A stretch of DNA of 64,000 bases from Ministeria vibrans ATCC 50519 (taxonomy: Eukaryota > Protista > Filasterea): contig CALSCP010002399.1 of assembly GCA_943704425.1 (NCBI GenBank), positions 1-64,000 of the forward strand, written 5' to 3'. Positions 25,772 through 39,300 of this stretch are shown piece after piece. Under the pieces are notes generated by a model. It made no database searches. It had not been told where the DNA came from and saw only the letters and a list, made by a program, of their open reading frames with translations. Position numbers and translations under genes: made by a program. The number at the start of each line of letters is the position of its first letter. Positions within the stretch are counted from its first letter, which is position 1.

Positions 25772-27597
25772 TCGTGCGCGCGCTAGTATGTGCTCGTATG
25801 TGCATTGTACTTTTTGTGCTTAGTGTGAGCATATTGATATGTCTGATTGTTTTCTCTCTCTGTGACAGATTGGGACCTATGTTGAGAAAATGTTCAAGAG
25901 TGAGCTGTCGGGCAACATTGTCGACCTGTGTCCCGTCGGAGCTCTGACCAACAAGCCGTACGCGTTTACGGCGCGCCCATGGGAGCTGCGGACGACGGAG
26001 AGCATTGATGTGTTTGATGCGGTGGGCAGCAACATCCGAGTGAACACGCGTGCGGGTGAGGTCATGCGGGTCCTGCCGCGTATCAACGACCATGTCAACG
26101 AGGAGTGGCTTGCCGACAAGAGGTATGCACGCGTTCTCGTTCTGTTCTGTTTCTATTCTGTTCCCTTGCGTGTTTTTTTTTTGTTTGTTTTTTCTTTTGC
26201 ATGTGGTCTGGACTGATTGTTGTTTTAGTCGATATGCAGTGGATGGACTGAAGCGACAGCGTCTGACGTCGCCAATGATGAAGGTGGACGGGCGGCTGCA
26301 GGGAGTGTCGTGGGAGACTGCACTGGAGGCGGTTGCGGCGCGGTTGAAGCAGACAGGCGCGGACAAGACGGCGCTAGTGGCGGGCGGGATGGCTGATGCA
26401 GAGGCACTGGTCGCGTACAAGGATCTGCTGGGCGGACGCAATGTGTTTATTGGAGACAATGTGCCGGCAACGGGTCGTGATGGCGAGGCGCGTGTGCGTG
26501 CGTCATACCTGTTCAACAGCCGCATTATTGGTGTCGAAGAGGCCGATGTCATTCTGTTGGTGGGCACCAACCCGCGCTACGAGGCACCGCTCGTCAACTC
26601 GCGCATCCGCAAGGCGTATGTGCAGACCGAGCCTCGCATTGGCGTTGTGGGCGACGTGGGCACGCTCAACTATGGTGCAGAGTCGCTCGGTACGACCGCG
26701 TCGGTGCTAAAGGATCTTGCGAGCGGCAAGGGCGCTTTTGCGGATGTGCTGAGCAAGGCCAAGCGACCCATGATCATTGTGGGCACGGCGGGACTGCAAG
26801 GCCGCGCGGATGCAGCTGCCGTCATGGCACTGGCACAGAAGATTGCACTGCGCTGCACGAGCGCCGACAAGGACTGGCAGCCGTTTAATGTGCTGCACTC
26901 ACAGGCGAGCACAGTTGCGGCGCTCGACTTGGGCTATACCCCCGCTGCAGACACACACCTTGCCGCGATCAAGCCCAACCTGCTCTTTATGTATGGCGCC
27001 GATGATGAGCGTGTCTCTCGCGCCACTCTTCCCAAAGACTGTTTCGTCGTGTACCAGGTATCATCAAACAACGACAGTGGAGCAACGACAACTCCACAGA
27101 CGTACTAATAATAATATAATATATTTTTTGTGTGCTTTATGTAGGGCCATCATGGTGACCACGGAGCACACATGGCGGATGTGATCCTTCCTGGTGCAGC
27201 CTATACGGAAAAGGATGGGACGTACGCCAACACGGAGGGCCGCAGTCAGACGACGCGTCGTGCGGTGACACCACCAGGCATGGCACGCGAGGACTGGAAG
27301 ATTGTACGTGCACTGAGTGAGTTTGCGGACGCCCCACTGCCGTACGACACACTCGGCGAGGTGCGAAGCCGGCTGTTTAAAGCAGCACCGCACCTGGAGC
27401 ACTATGAGTCGATTGTGAGCACGGGTGAGACGCTCCCGGCGCCTACGGTGCCCACAACGGCTGTGCTCAAGGAGCCCTTGAGGCCGCCCATGCGTGCTCT
27501 GCGTGACTACTACCGCACTGATCCCATCAGCCGTGCCTCCAAGGTTATGGCCGAGTGCGTTGAGAGTGTGGACGAGATGCCCGGCGAGGAGTGTTGA
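24504..27597 (+). CDS. NDUFS1: Complex I 75-kDa Fe-S subunit
   Basis: [78 protein letters not shown]. Confidence 0.98.
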
Positions 27598-28051
27598 AAG
27601 AAGAAGGAGAGAGAAAAGGAGAGTGAACAATCTGTGTGGGTGAGAGAGGGACAATTTTTCGAGAGAATGAAAAAGAAAACAAACGAAATTTAACCAGAGA
27701 TTGTTATTTTCTACCTCTTCTTCTTCTTCTTCTTCACAACCTCCTTCGTCACTATTGGTTCTAGGATTGAATTAATGGTTCTTCTTTTGTAATTTTCATC
27801 TTCTTCGTCAGATAATCAGTCTGTCCTCGCTCCGGCGCTTTCTCTCGGGTCTCGAGTCTCGACGCTCGTGCGAATGAGTCGTGTACTGAGTAGCGTCGAA
27901 AGTGGTTCTGAGTTGTTTGTCTTGTCGCTTTTCGTTTGTCATTCAGAAATGAGTAGAAAAAAGAATAACTCCTTCACACATTGGACTGAGTCCATTCCCC
28001 AGTTAGGGAGTCACCCAGATAGTCCGTTGCCAACAACTTGCCGTTTATTTG

Positions 28052-28204
28052 CCAATAGGCCAGTACTTTCCAGTCATCAAATATCAATGAATATTCAGAA
28101 GAAGAGAATCTGATTGGTTGAAGATTGAATTTTTTTTCTTCTGATTATTTTCGCACCTTTTCCGAGATATTCACGACAGAGTCTCTCGTCCGATCTCAGC
28201 CAAT
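28052..28204. promoter_or_regulatory. Three CCAAT boxes upstream of the cyclin gene
   Basis: CCAAT at 28052, ATTGG at 28113, CCAAT at 28200; ATG at 28264. Confidence 0.4.
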
Positions 28205-28263
28205 CCTATTCATTCTTTCTCTTTTTTTTTATAACCCTGAAGCAAGGTTGACCAGAGTGGAAC

Positions 28264-30725
28264 ATGGACGGCACAGCCATGGATACGGGGCCCGAAGCGG
28301 GGCTGCCCCGGCGGACTGAGGTGGCGCGCGATCAAGACGCCGCCTGCTACCTCGACGAGGACGCCATCTCGCAGATGCTTATCGATGAGCGACTCTACAT
28401 GGTACGATCTACTAGTTTTCCGCTCTTGCGGCCCGCCGGATTGCCATGTCTTGCCGCGTTGGCGCTTGGAGAAAAAAAAAAAAAGACCCATTCCCATGAT
28501 GTTGTGTCTCACGCGCCATTGGGTGTGTTTCAGGCGGATTCCCAGTACCTGGCTACTGTTCAGGGTAACACCATCCGTCCATGGATGCGACAGGAGCTTT
28601 GCGAATGGATTTTGGAGGTACGAGCGTTTTTTTTTCGGTCGCGCATGTTTTGGCATGTTGCTTTTTGCTTTGCCAAGTTCGCCATGAGCATTTTCGCCGG
28701 GTCCCGTCCCCTATCGTTTGCAGCAAGTGCTTGCAGTCTGTGGTCTGTGTCGTGTGGTTCTGCGTCGCGTGCGATTCGTCGCCTAGCGGCTCCCCTGACC
28801 GCTTTTGTCGCGAGCTGTCAACATCAGACGATTTTTTTTTTTGCAAGTTTTCGCTGGCATGGTCGTTGTAGACGCCATCGGCTGAAACATTTTGCTGGAG
28901 TAGCACCGTGTTGCTTTCACGGGCCCATACATAGCGGATTCTGCGCCGTAGCGGGTGTCGTCGGGCCGCGTGCCTCACATAAAAAAAAAGGTTTTTTTTT
29001 TTGCTGGAGGATTGCTCATCGCTCCGCCGTGCTCTTCTTGCGATATTCTCTGCATGGGGCCATTTTGGCGATTGCATCGCTGGTGGTGGTGCGAGAAGGG
29101 CTCGTCGGCGCGTCCAACGGAGCTGGATCCCTCGTTTCTTCGGCCGACTGCCGCAATATCACTGCAGCGTACACGGCCCATTGTGGCCCCGGTTTCCTCG
29201 GACACCACTAGAAATACGCCGGCGCACCCCTGGCCTCCAGGAGTTTTCGGTTTGCGTGCGAATCCGCCGGTGGTGGTGTCTGTTCCACTGCAATGTGTGA
29301 AAAAAAACACCATCGTTCTGCCGCTGTCGATTCCATCTTGTGACCCCTGCGATCTGCGCCTCGTGTCTACTTGCGCTTTACTCTACCCCTCCCCTTGAGA
29401 TTCTCTCCGGGATTTCGTCGCGATCAGTCGCTTTGGCCTCTGAAAAAGAAAAAAAAAGAAAACACACCACCAAAAAAAAACGAGTCTCTCTGTTGTTTGA
29501 TACCCCTCGGGCTGTGTCACTCGCGCACATGACGCTGGACGGTGTTTTTTATGCGTCCCTATCTTGCTTGGCCCTTCACCGCACTTTATTTCCATTGCCC
29601 AATGACTGGTCTTCTTTGTTTACTTTGTGTTTTGTCGTTTTTTTTATCATCTTTTTTTTTTTGTTGATTTTTTTTTTTTCGTTTGTAGGTGGCTGATTTG
29701 TACCGGGTGAGCACGGATATATATGGGTTGGCAGTGAACCTGGTGGATCGATGTTTGTCGCGCTTTCCTCTGGAAACGCGTCATCTCCAACTGTTGGGCG
29801 CAATGTGCCTGCAAGTCGCGTGCAAGCTGAAGGAATCCACTGCTCTGAGTGTAAGCATTGCTTACTACCTGTGCACCATCTTTCCATCGCTTGTTTCCTT
29901 ACTCTTTTTTGTTTTTTTTTGTTGTTTTTTTTGTATTTCTTTGCTTGGTAGACGGCGGAATTGATCGCGTTCTCAGACAATGCGTTTACATTTGAGCAAG
30001 CGCGTATTATGGAACACACAGTGCTAGAGCGTCTGGACTGGAGACTGTCGGCCGTGACGCCACACGACTGGCTCGAAGTGTTGTTGTGCCGCAGTCAGTT
30101 TTCGCCCGAGGTGTCTCATGCGCTGCGCCACGACGCACGTCACTTTATTGACATGGCACTCACACGCTATGTGTCGTTGGGGTTCAGTCCATCGCTCATT
30201 GCCAGTGCTGCACTGCTCAATGCGGCCGACTATGCAGCGCCTGCCTTGCCTCTCACACTCATTGGTCGTCTGCCCGCGGTCATTGTCCATCTGTTGCGTC
30301 TCCATAACGACCGTCGTCTGTTCAAGTGCACACGCATGCTCAGACGCATTATTGTCGCACTCACACAGCAACAGCAACAACAACCAGAGAGCGAAGATGA
30401 AGACAACGCAGATGACGGCAACGACGACGACAACCACAACCGTCACCGCCAACGCAACAATAGCGAGGGCGGGGAGGAGGAAGGCGGCAACGACAGCGGC
30501 AGCCATGTTAACAACGGCAACAGCAATCCAGGTAGCGCCACGCAGCAACCTCCACCACCGCCTCCGCCCCAGCGTCTTCCGCACGCCTCTGTGTCGCAGA
30601 GTGAGCTGTCCACCCCCGAGTCCTCTCGCGCCAGTTCCTCCCATGACAACAGTGCCAGTCCTCTCTTCTTCGCTCCCATTCCCCTCTCCCATGAAACTGC
30701 CTATCACGCCTCTCTTGCCATGTAA
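28264..30725 (+). CDS. D-type-like G1 cyclin, 4 exons
   Basis: YLATVQGNTIRPWMRQELCEWILE|V, AVNLVDRCLS..LQLLGAMCLQVACKLKE, FSDNAF..MEHTVLERLDWRLSAVTPHDWL; acidic, PEST-like tail containing STP. Confidence 0.85.
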
Positions 30726-30824
30726 TTCTGTAACACTATATACAACACAGGAATGTTTGTTGTTTTTCTTTTTTTCTTTTTTTTTTTCTTTTTTTTTTCT
30801 ATTTCTGTTGGATGAGACGGAATT

Positions 30825-32435
30825 TCAATCGGAGTGGAAATCCTCATCGCCAATGAAGTCGGCGTCGCTATCGTCGGCGCCCGTCACGATGCGGTCCATG
30901 TCGTCGGCATCAAACACGGGCGGGGGCGGGGCGGCAAAGGCAGGTGCAGGCGGAATGGGGGCGGCCGAGGGCGGCAGGGGCGGCGGCGGCCGAGCAAGCA
31001 GAGGCGAGGTGGCGAGCGGTGGAGGCGGTGGAAGGCGCAGGTCAAGGATGGCCACCTCGTCTCGCGTCATAATGTGGATTTTAAAAGGCGATCCTGGAAC
31101 TATGTTGTCGTTGACCGAGATCGACACAGTATATTCTCCTAAATCATACACAAACGCAAAAAGACGCAATAATAATTGATAATAATTAAAATAATAATAA
31201 ACGATTTCTTCTCCTTCAATAATCGTACCTGCTGTCATGGGTAAGTATTCTGTCTCCCATACGCCCAGATCTGTTTCGGCGATGGTCACCTACAAAGAAA
31301 ACAACGTAATAAGAGAGAGATAGAAAATGCTCTGTATAAAAAAAACACAATAATAATAATAATAATTATTATTATTATTATTATTATTATAATTATCAAA
31401 AATTTACCACTGGTTTTAACCCTTTGCACTGAACTGTCACTGAACACGAGCCACCAATGCTCGGCTCCTACAAATCCAATATAAAAACAATGACAAAGGC
31501 GTCGTTCGTGTCAGCGTCGCATTACCTGTCGGACGGAGAAACGGGCTAGCTCGCCAGTGCGCCCTTGGATGAGACCGTTTCCTTGGAGATAGATAGTACA
31601 ATCGGGGAGGATGCGAGGATAGGGTTTTCCGTGAGGATAGGACTCGGCCGGGGGCTTGGGTGTCTTCTTCTTCTTTGCCTTGAGCGAGTACATAGGGCGC
31701 TGCGGTTCCAAGTCGGTTTCGTCGAATTCCTCGAGGAAGCGACCGCTCGTGTTCGTTTCCGCGTCCACACCAACTCCCGTGCTTGTACCAATGCCCGCTG
31801 TGGCAGTCTTCTTTGGAAGGGTGTCTCCCTCGAGAACTTGGGCGTGCGTCGACAGGTCCGCATTGTCCTAAAAACATCCAATTACATGAGAAAAGCCAGT
31901 GGAATTGTTTGAGGTTTCGTACGTTCGGTCTGCGATACCGCAGGGTTCCTTGGTCGAACGGAGCTGCATCGGAGAGGCCACCGTCGTCTGTGGTGTCGTC
32001 AGCGACAAAGGAAGTGCGACGATGTGGAGGGTGTGCGCGTAGAGCAGGCTGTGACTGACTGGTCGGCAGCATGTTGAGGAGCTCGGCGATGGTGTCGTTA
32101 GTCGAGTGGACGGTCTTGACGACGTGTGTGCTGCCAGGTGTGGGCACAAGCACTTCGGATGTTCTAACGTTTGCGTGGTAGGCTGAGTACATGGAGGAGT
32201 GTCGTGTGGGTGGGCCCTGCATGCTTGTGGTTCGGGTGTTGCAGGACACGCGCGAGTCCCACTTGTGAATGAGCGTTTCGAGTCTCTCGCAGTCGTTGTC
32301 TGTCTCCCACTTTGTTGAGCTGGTACGCCGCGCACGGCGGCAGATGTAGATAAAGTACAGCGTAATGGCTACAATGACGACACCGACGGCCATAAAGGTC
32401 CAGCCTACTTTGTTCTTGTCGTCCCAAAACGACAT
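30825..32435 (-). CDS. Single-pass membrane protein with a filamin-type Ig repeat, polyproline stretch and acidic tail
   Basis: TM VGWTFMAVGVVIVAITLYFIYI followed by CRRARR; LQGNGLIQGRTGELARFSV..VWETEYLPMTA|GEYTVSISVNDNIVPGSPFKIHI; GT-AG introns in consistent phase. Confidence 0.75.
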
Positions 32436-33867
32436 GGTGCCAACAGGTGAACTTTCTACAATTGAGAGGGCACTTTTTGAGTCGTGACAAGAAGAGCGTG
32501 AAGCGGGCACGTGTATGGTTGGCCGAGGAGGGGAGAGGAGAGTCAATGCCGTGTCCAAGGGGGAGGGAGAGGGCGAGAGAGGGGCCGGGTGGGAGGAGGA
32601 GGAGAGAGAGAGAGAGAAGGAAATGGCTGTGCAGTGCATCTTATGTTTGCAGAGCACAGCTCGAACAGGCTGGGCGAGAGATGGCGCGTTGCGAGACGCA
32701 GGAGAAGACCAAGGACGGTCTGCTGGGCGGGGGCACGGGTGGCATGAGGGAAGCAAGCGGTCGTATTTTGACATCGAATGCGAAGAGGAATTTGTTTTTT
32801 TTTTGCAACGTCACAAAGACTGTTTTAAGTGAGCGAAACTTACTTGAATGGCAGTTAAGTGGCCGTTGGTGTTGAGGGCCGACTCACTGCTGAGTGACTA
32901 AGGCTGGCCAAGACTACAGTTGGACTACTTGGGGCTTAGTAGTCTGAAGTCTCTTAAAAATTGAAATAAATGAAAATATTAATGAGTGAATATCTTTAAT
33001 TAATTACCAATTTTCCCCAGTCAGTTTCTTTTTCTTCGCTTGTTCGTCTCTCAAATCTCAATACGCTTGCAAAGTATGCGACCTTGACGTCTCCAAGTTT
33101 CTTCCCGCCGTCCAACACAAGCCCCAAGACGCTTTCGCTGAAAGAGGACGATCACAGATTCCAGTCACACTTATGTTTCAAAATTCTTATGAATAAGTGG
33201 CGACAATTAACCTAATAAACCAAATCTTTTCCGTTATTCACAGCGTTCCTTTTCTTCTAATATACTAAATTATACTTATAGAAAAAAAGATGCAGCGCAC
33301 CTCCATGCTACTCATGATACAGTGCAATCGCCATCCTTTGCGGCAATCAATAGTATAATTTTGATGTAGAACCGGCAAGTGTCTCTTGCACTTCATAGGC
33401 CATAGAAATGCCATTACTGCCAGCAGTTCAACAATATATAAATCCGACGGGACGGGTGGTAAAGTATTGAAAGTAATAGTAAAAATAATAATCATGGTTT
33501 GATTGATTTTCTTCTATTCAATATGACAAAAGCAGTTGACATCCATATCAAATCTCTACATTCGTCGGTCTGCAAGACGTCCGCTTGGTTCGGCGCAAGC
33601 GGCGCAAGCGGGGTTCAGCGCTGTGTGTTGGCGAGTGAGTGAGGGTGAGAGTTGGATTCAAACCAGTCTTAAATAGGCCAATAAGGCCATAGCGATAACG
33701 ACTTAAGGAGTAGCTGAGCACGACAAAGAGGTCGCAAAGAAGGTGAAGAAGATTGCCGATTAAATAGTTATCAGTTGTGACAGTTGATCTCGTGAAATCT
33801 GATTTATCTGAACAGATACTGAAATAACTGATTACTGAACACACTTTTGTCAACGAACAGGGTCAAG

Positions 33868-35903
33868 ATGGCGTCACTGTTGCAGGATGGAATTGACTGG
33901 TACAAGGATGCCATGACGAAGGGAGGTAACGAACGACGGAAGGAACGAACAAACGAAGGTCGTTGATGACTTTGCTGCTGTGCTGTGCGGGGGCACACGC
34001 CGAACCCTCGACCGTGCAGGCGGGGGTGCTCGCTGCAGCATATCCAAGGGCGCATTCTAACAGACGCGACTTGTCTCACTCTCTCACTTACTCACTCACT
34101 CTCTCTCTCTCTCGCGCGCGCCCTCCGCCAGATCCCCGTGTCGCCGACTGGTTCCTCATGCAGGAGTTCTACGTCACGTTTCTCATCTCCATCGGCTACT
34201 ACCTGAGCATCCCTCTCGGCATGTGGATTATGAAGGGTAACCACCACTCATGGCCAACCCGATCACCTGAAATGATTTTTTTTTGGGGGTGTTGGGGATG
34301 TCCGTTTTTTGCTCACTGCTCTCCTCGTCTCGCCTCCCGCCCAGATCGCGCTCCACTTCACGTCAAGCCCCTGGCCGCCATCTACAACCTGGCCATGGTG
34401 TTTTTGTCGGCTTACATGTTCTACGAGGTGAGCAGTGGTGAAAGAACGTGAATTTGTCACTTTGATGCCGCACGTGAAAATGACTATGCCGCCGCATTGC
34501 TGGCCACGGTCGCCGGGCGGGCCCACTATCACTGCAAAGCTGCTTAATCAAGCGCAACATGGCGGCTGTAGGCCTCGCCACGTCGCTTGATCGGTGTGTC
34601 GGGATTTGCGATCAATCTCAAGATCGCACACACACATTTCATTGTACATTATGATATAATTGTTATTATGACAAGTGCAATCGACCAACTCGCGTGGCAC
34701 CTCACCCAGCCAAACCCACACCGCGCTCATCAAAAACAAACGGTGTGCTCTTCCTCTCTTTAAAAACTTTTTGTTTTGTTTCGTCCTTCTTTGTGTGCAG
34801 ATGTGGATTCCGACGTTTGCTCTTGGCTGTCGATTCGAATCCATGTGCTGCCCCGTCGACTACTCAGACAATCCATATGCCATTCGCGTAGGGCAAAAAA
34901 TGACTTGACAAGAAAATCAACTCATCTTATTATTGTGTGTGTGAACGTGTCTGAATGATGTGTGTGTTTTAGGCGGCCAAAGCAGTTTGGTGGTACTATT
35001 TCTCTAAAGCCATTGAGTTTCTGGACACGTGGTTTATGATTGCGGGAAAGAAGTTCAACCAAGTCACGTTTCTCCACTGTTACCACCACGGTACAATCGC
35101 ATAAGACACATATTAGATGTTATGTGGTATTTGTGTTGTGCTTAGGAGTTGGTTTGTAGTTATTGTGCGTGTTTCATGCGTTACGTGTGTTGTGTAGTGT
35201 ATGTGTTTATATGTTGGTGTTGTGTGATATGTGATCAGCATGCGGCATCATATGTGATAGAGCTAGAGAGTGACTGATGATTTGGGTCTTTTTCGAGTGA
35301 TGTTGATTGACGTGCGTGTGTGGTAGGGACGATGTTGTCCATTTGGTGGATTGGGGCAAAGTATGTTGGCGGAGGAAACAGTGTTGTGCCCGCCGGAACC
35401 AACTGTTTTGTGTAAGAGATCAAACAAATGGAAAAGACACTCACGCAAAATATGACTGATTTTTTGTGTTGTGGTGCCTGTCTCTTAGTCATGTCGTGAT
35501 GTATCTGTACTACTTCCTGTCTGCCATTGGAGTGAGAGTCTGGTGGAAGAAATACGTCACTCAACTACAATTGGTACGAACGCACAGCACAAGCCCGTTG
35601 CTTTGAATCCTAGCCCTAGCCCTAATATCATAACCCAAACATGCCAACATGATCTCAACCCCAAACGAGCTTCTCACACCCACACCCACGTACGCACACA
35701 CACTCTCTTCCCCTGCACAGGCTCAGTTCTTTATCATGCTTGGATTTGCCGTGACGGGCTTTGTCATCGACTGTGACTACCCCCGCTGGATGGCGTACGC
35801 CCTTGCCGCCTACATGCTCTCCCTCATCGTCCTCTTCATGAACTTCTACCGCCATGCCTACAACAAGAGCCAGGAAGAGAAGAAGAAGAAGAAGGCGCAG
35901 TAA
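33868..35903 (+). CDS. Fatty acid elongase (ELOVL4/5-like)
   Basis: [56 protein letters not shown], lysine-rich ER-retrieval-type tail. Confidence 0.95.
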
Positions 35904-35985
35904 ACTTCTTTGTTCATTTCATTTCAATTACTTCTTAAAACTCTTTTTAACGGCACTTTTATTAAAGCTGGCTCCAGTGATCCTG

Positions 35986-36018
<33 letters not shown>

Positions 36019-36334
36019 CAGCCAACCTGTCTCCGCTCCCTCTGACCCTCTCGACGCTTCCGTAGCTTAAAAAGTGGATCTGACCTGTTTGCGTTATCGC
36101 TTTTTTGTTTGTGATTGATAAGTTGTTACTTTTATTGATAAAAAGGTCTATTTCTCTTTTCTATGTGTTTATGGGTGCTCCATCTTCTTGGGGCTAGCCT
36201 ATAGCGAAAGTATTGTGTTACTTTCATTGCATTATTTTTCATCTCCTGGCTAGGAGTAAATTTTTCCTTTCATTAACTTATTTTTTTTTCTTCTCTCCTT
36301 CTTCTCTCTTGCACCAGTCGCCACCAGATCTTTA

Positions 36335-39300
36335 TCAGATTTCGTACGACTGCTGTGAGTGCTTTGAGTGCTGACACGGGAGAAACTCGCCGCTTAAGCA
36401 AACCTCTGCTGGACCTTGATCATGCGAGTGCGTGAGGGAGTGGCGCCAAGTAGTGAACGGGCCCAACAGCGCAAAATTTGAGCCAGACAGGGCTTGCGGC
36501 TGCGGAGAATTCGAGCAGTCGACGGCGAGCTGGGTTGCGACAGGAGCATGCGAGAAGGCGTGCCACTGGCCTGTCTGTGGGTGCTGGAAGCGCGAAGCGA
36601 GGCCAGTGTGCTGGAGCATCAGGCGTGCGCCAGAGACACATGTGCCACTGCTGCTGTTGACAAAGCGGGCGCGGGCGTGGGTGACGCGCACATCGCAGCG
36701 ATCACTGAGAAACTCTTGCAGCTGCGGCGATAGCGGATCAAGCACTGTCATCGTAGACGTGGCATTTGCTGCGATCATGAAACAGAGTCCCGGGTCGACG
36801 AACCGCTGTGGGTATCGGCCCTGTGCGTTCAAGCTTTTTGTGTTCGCCAAAATAATGCCACGATGGGCATTGGCGAGGTGAGCGACCGAGGTGAGCACGA
36901 CGCGTGGGAGTTCCATTGGTGACACTAGCGACTGGTAACTGAGCGCACGTGCCTCTTTGTAGATGGCCCACGCGAGCTCGCGTTTCCAAAATGCCGTCAC
37001 ATGAGCAAGGAACGCCTGACGATTTTGCAGAGGCACATTCATCGCGCTCTGCTTGCGATCCCACACCTCCAATTCCTGGTCCTCCAACACCAACTTCCGG
37101 TTCACATGCTCCTGACGTGTCTCCGCGAGCGAACGCTGCACATGCCGCGCCTGCTGCAATGCCCCATACAGAGCAGCCAGGCGCTTCTGCTGCGCCTCCA
37201 CCGCCTTCACCGCCACCTTCAGGGGACCCTGCGCAATACCACTCGACACCGATTGTCGTCCTCCAATGCCCCACTTCTGCAGTTGATTGTCCATTGCAGA
37301 TATTACCTTCTGCGTCTGCTTCGACGTCATAACCTTCTTCGGCAGCATCATCAGTCGCTCGAAATCTATCGACACATCGCCGCTCTTCAGCGCCGCGACT
37401 ATCACATCATGAGTATTTTCCGATGCAAGTCCCTCGATCCGCTCAATTGTTTGCGCCACATCCTGGCGCGTTGCCACCACCGCATCTGCAAAGCTGTGTG
37501 CTGTGGCTAAGATCCCCGCATCGGCGCTTTTCAGCAGCCGAATCGGCTCAGCAAAGTTTGCAGGCAGTGATGCAATTCTGAGTCCAATACGTGCAAGGTC
37601 CATGCCACCCTTGAGTACCACATTCGCAATAAACCGGAGGCCGATGCGTCTCCTTTTCGATGAGGCTCGTGCTGCCTCATTGCGCACGTCATCTTCCGCC
37701 CGCTGTGCCGCTGTCACGAGCTCAACCAACGCCTGCTTCCCGCGCTGCCATTCCAAAAGCAATCCGTCAATGCGTTGTTCAGCGCTCTTCATTGCAACGT
37801 CCAAATGCCCGATCTCGCTGTTCAGATTGGTACGCGCTCGATCAATGGCCACCTCAGCCACCTTGGCTGTTGTGAGTCGTGTGGCCAAATCCGCCGTCTC
37901 GTCCCTCACAACCTGCAGTGCCTTCTCAAGTTCTGCGGCAAACTGGAGCTGCGGCTCAATTGCGTCGTGCAGCTGCTGCAACGACAGACGCTCGACGTAC
38001 GTGAACGCGTCACCAAACACATCGCAATCAAGACTGAGTCGCGCAAGGTAAAGCATTGTCGCATTGCGCACGTGCTTTGCCCACTCGGGCCGCGATCGTC
38101 CACCGCCGAGGTCGAGCACATGTAGCAGGTTCGTCAGCACGTGCGCCGCATTATCCAATCGATGTGCCAGAAACTCGCCGACTCCCACATTCAGCATGGC
38201 TCGCGCGTACTCAGGCCCGAGCGCCAATACAAGTTCACCCACGGGCGCGGTTGAATATGTTCCACTCTTACATACATGTGTGGCGCAGTTCTTGTTGCTA
38301 CCACTAGCGCCTTGCGGTCCGTTTTTACCCTCAGGCTCTGTCCAACGCTGTACAGTGCACCGACGACGTCCTGTCCAGCGGCGGCGCCTCGGGCATTCCG
38401 ATTCACGTGGGCGTCCAGTTCCTCCAGTTCCACCATGCCCACCTGAACCTTCATTGCCGCGGTTGCCAGGGCTTCCACAATCCATTGTCACCTTCAGAGC
38501 GTTTTCAGATTTGGCATGATCGCAGCGCAGTGACACCTTTCCACCTCTGCCACCACGTCCACCACAGCCGCCACTGCCACCGGTACCGCCCGCCAAACCG
38601 GGTTCCCCGGTCTCATTGGCTCCATCACGCCCAGTGCCGCCACGGCCGCCTTTCTGCCCATCGCTTCCATAGCCGCCACGAGCAAATACCTCCAGCGAGC
38701 TGGCACCCTCAACATCAAACTGCTCCGCTCGCAAGCTCACACTACCAGAATCTAGTCCCGCGTCGCCATCCTTGCCTGCACTCCCCGTCAGACCAATCTC
38801 TGTCGCGTCCGTCGCTGGTCCACTCCACGACACAACTGCCGTCTTTCCGTCCACGTTGATGGTCACGTTCGTTCCAGCGCGCAGAACCCGACAGGAGATA
38901 TCGACGGATTGTCCTGGCAAATGCAGCAAAGTGTTCTCTTGTATCGTCACCGTGTCCGCGACAACGTGCAAGCCCTTCGCCGGGTTCACCATAGCCGGGG
39001 AGAGGTTTACGTCAATTCCAATTATGCGCGTTGTTGTCTCGTTGCTACTCAGCACAAACTCTGGGGTAGTGTCAGTCGGGGACATTTCGTCTGAGCTCTT
39101 CACGTCCTCCTTCAGGTCGTCCTCCATGCGTCGAAAGAAAGCCGCTCTCATTGCCACGAGCGCACGGTGGCAAGCCTCCTGGACCTGTGCCACGGCATCC
39201 ACATACATCTGATTGGTGGTGGGCACCTGCGTTGCCTCCATTAGACTGACTGCATCACGGCACTTCTCACCATGTGCCAGAATGAGGCTACCAAGGGCGT

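Noticed and set aside
35609-35625. cctagccctagccctaa as an interstitial telomeric repeat
   Set aside because: Fewer than three units, inside an intron.
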